In this document: positions 36,220 through 36,224 of the stretch, one piece after another
Numbering within the stretch: position 1 is the stretch's first letter
Layout: the number at the start of each line of letters is the position of its first letter
NCBI GenBank assembly: GCA_963720265.1
Contig: CAVRET010000002.1
Location: 1,072,069 to 1,108,292 of the forward strand
Reading direction: 5' to 3'
DNA length: 36,224 nucleotides
Source of the DNA: an uncultured bacterium
GTDB taxonomy: Bacteria; Patescibacteriota; Saccharimonadia; UBA4664
Translations under genes and position numbers: made by a program
The notes under the pieces: model-generated
The model's input: only the letters and a program-made list of their open reading frames with translations
The model's database searches: none
What the model was told of the DNA's origin: nothing

Positions 36220-36224
36220 CGGAG

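Overview
Bacterial chromosomal window. The gene content suggests Patescibacteria/Saccharibacteria (inference), with the standard genetic code. Left: the 3' part of a very large repetitive surface protein, then tRNA-Phe and tRNA-Gly(GCC). From the 3' end of tRNA-Gly to about 13.2 kb lies a lower-GC accessory island built as a tandem series of roughly 0.8-1.5 kb modules. The modules are separated by copies of the tRNA 3'-end core GCACCA, and most carry one toxin-antitoxin pair or similar cargo (zeta-like kinase/DUF2188, VbhA/Fic, MNT/HEPN, RHH/MazF, a BECR-like nuclease with a putative small RNA, HicB-HicB-HicA). The junctions are marked by a 216-bp non-coding repeat (3 copies, one inverted), a duplicated HTH gene whose start codon lies at the core, a probable serine-integrase C-terminal remnant and a 43-bp duplicate of the tRNA-Gly 3' half. 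I read this as an integron-like, tRNA-anchored cassette array, and it is the main candidate for an undescribed system. No intact recombinase is present in the window. The remainder holds small metabolic and stress genes (PadR-PspC, CYTH, exonuclease I, a GT2/flippase/GT-C trio, kinases, NUDIX), tRNA-Cys, tRNA-Leu preceded by a broken HNH gene, WxL-like surface genes and lemA-htpX. At least 12 genes have a -10 box exactly 6 nt before the ATG, implying leaderless mRNAs. All family assignments are by motif recognition; no searches were run.
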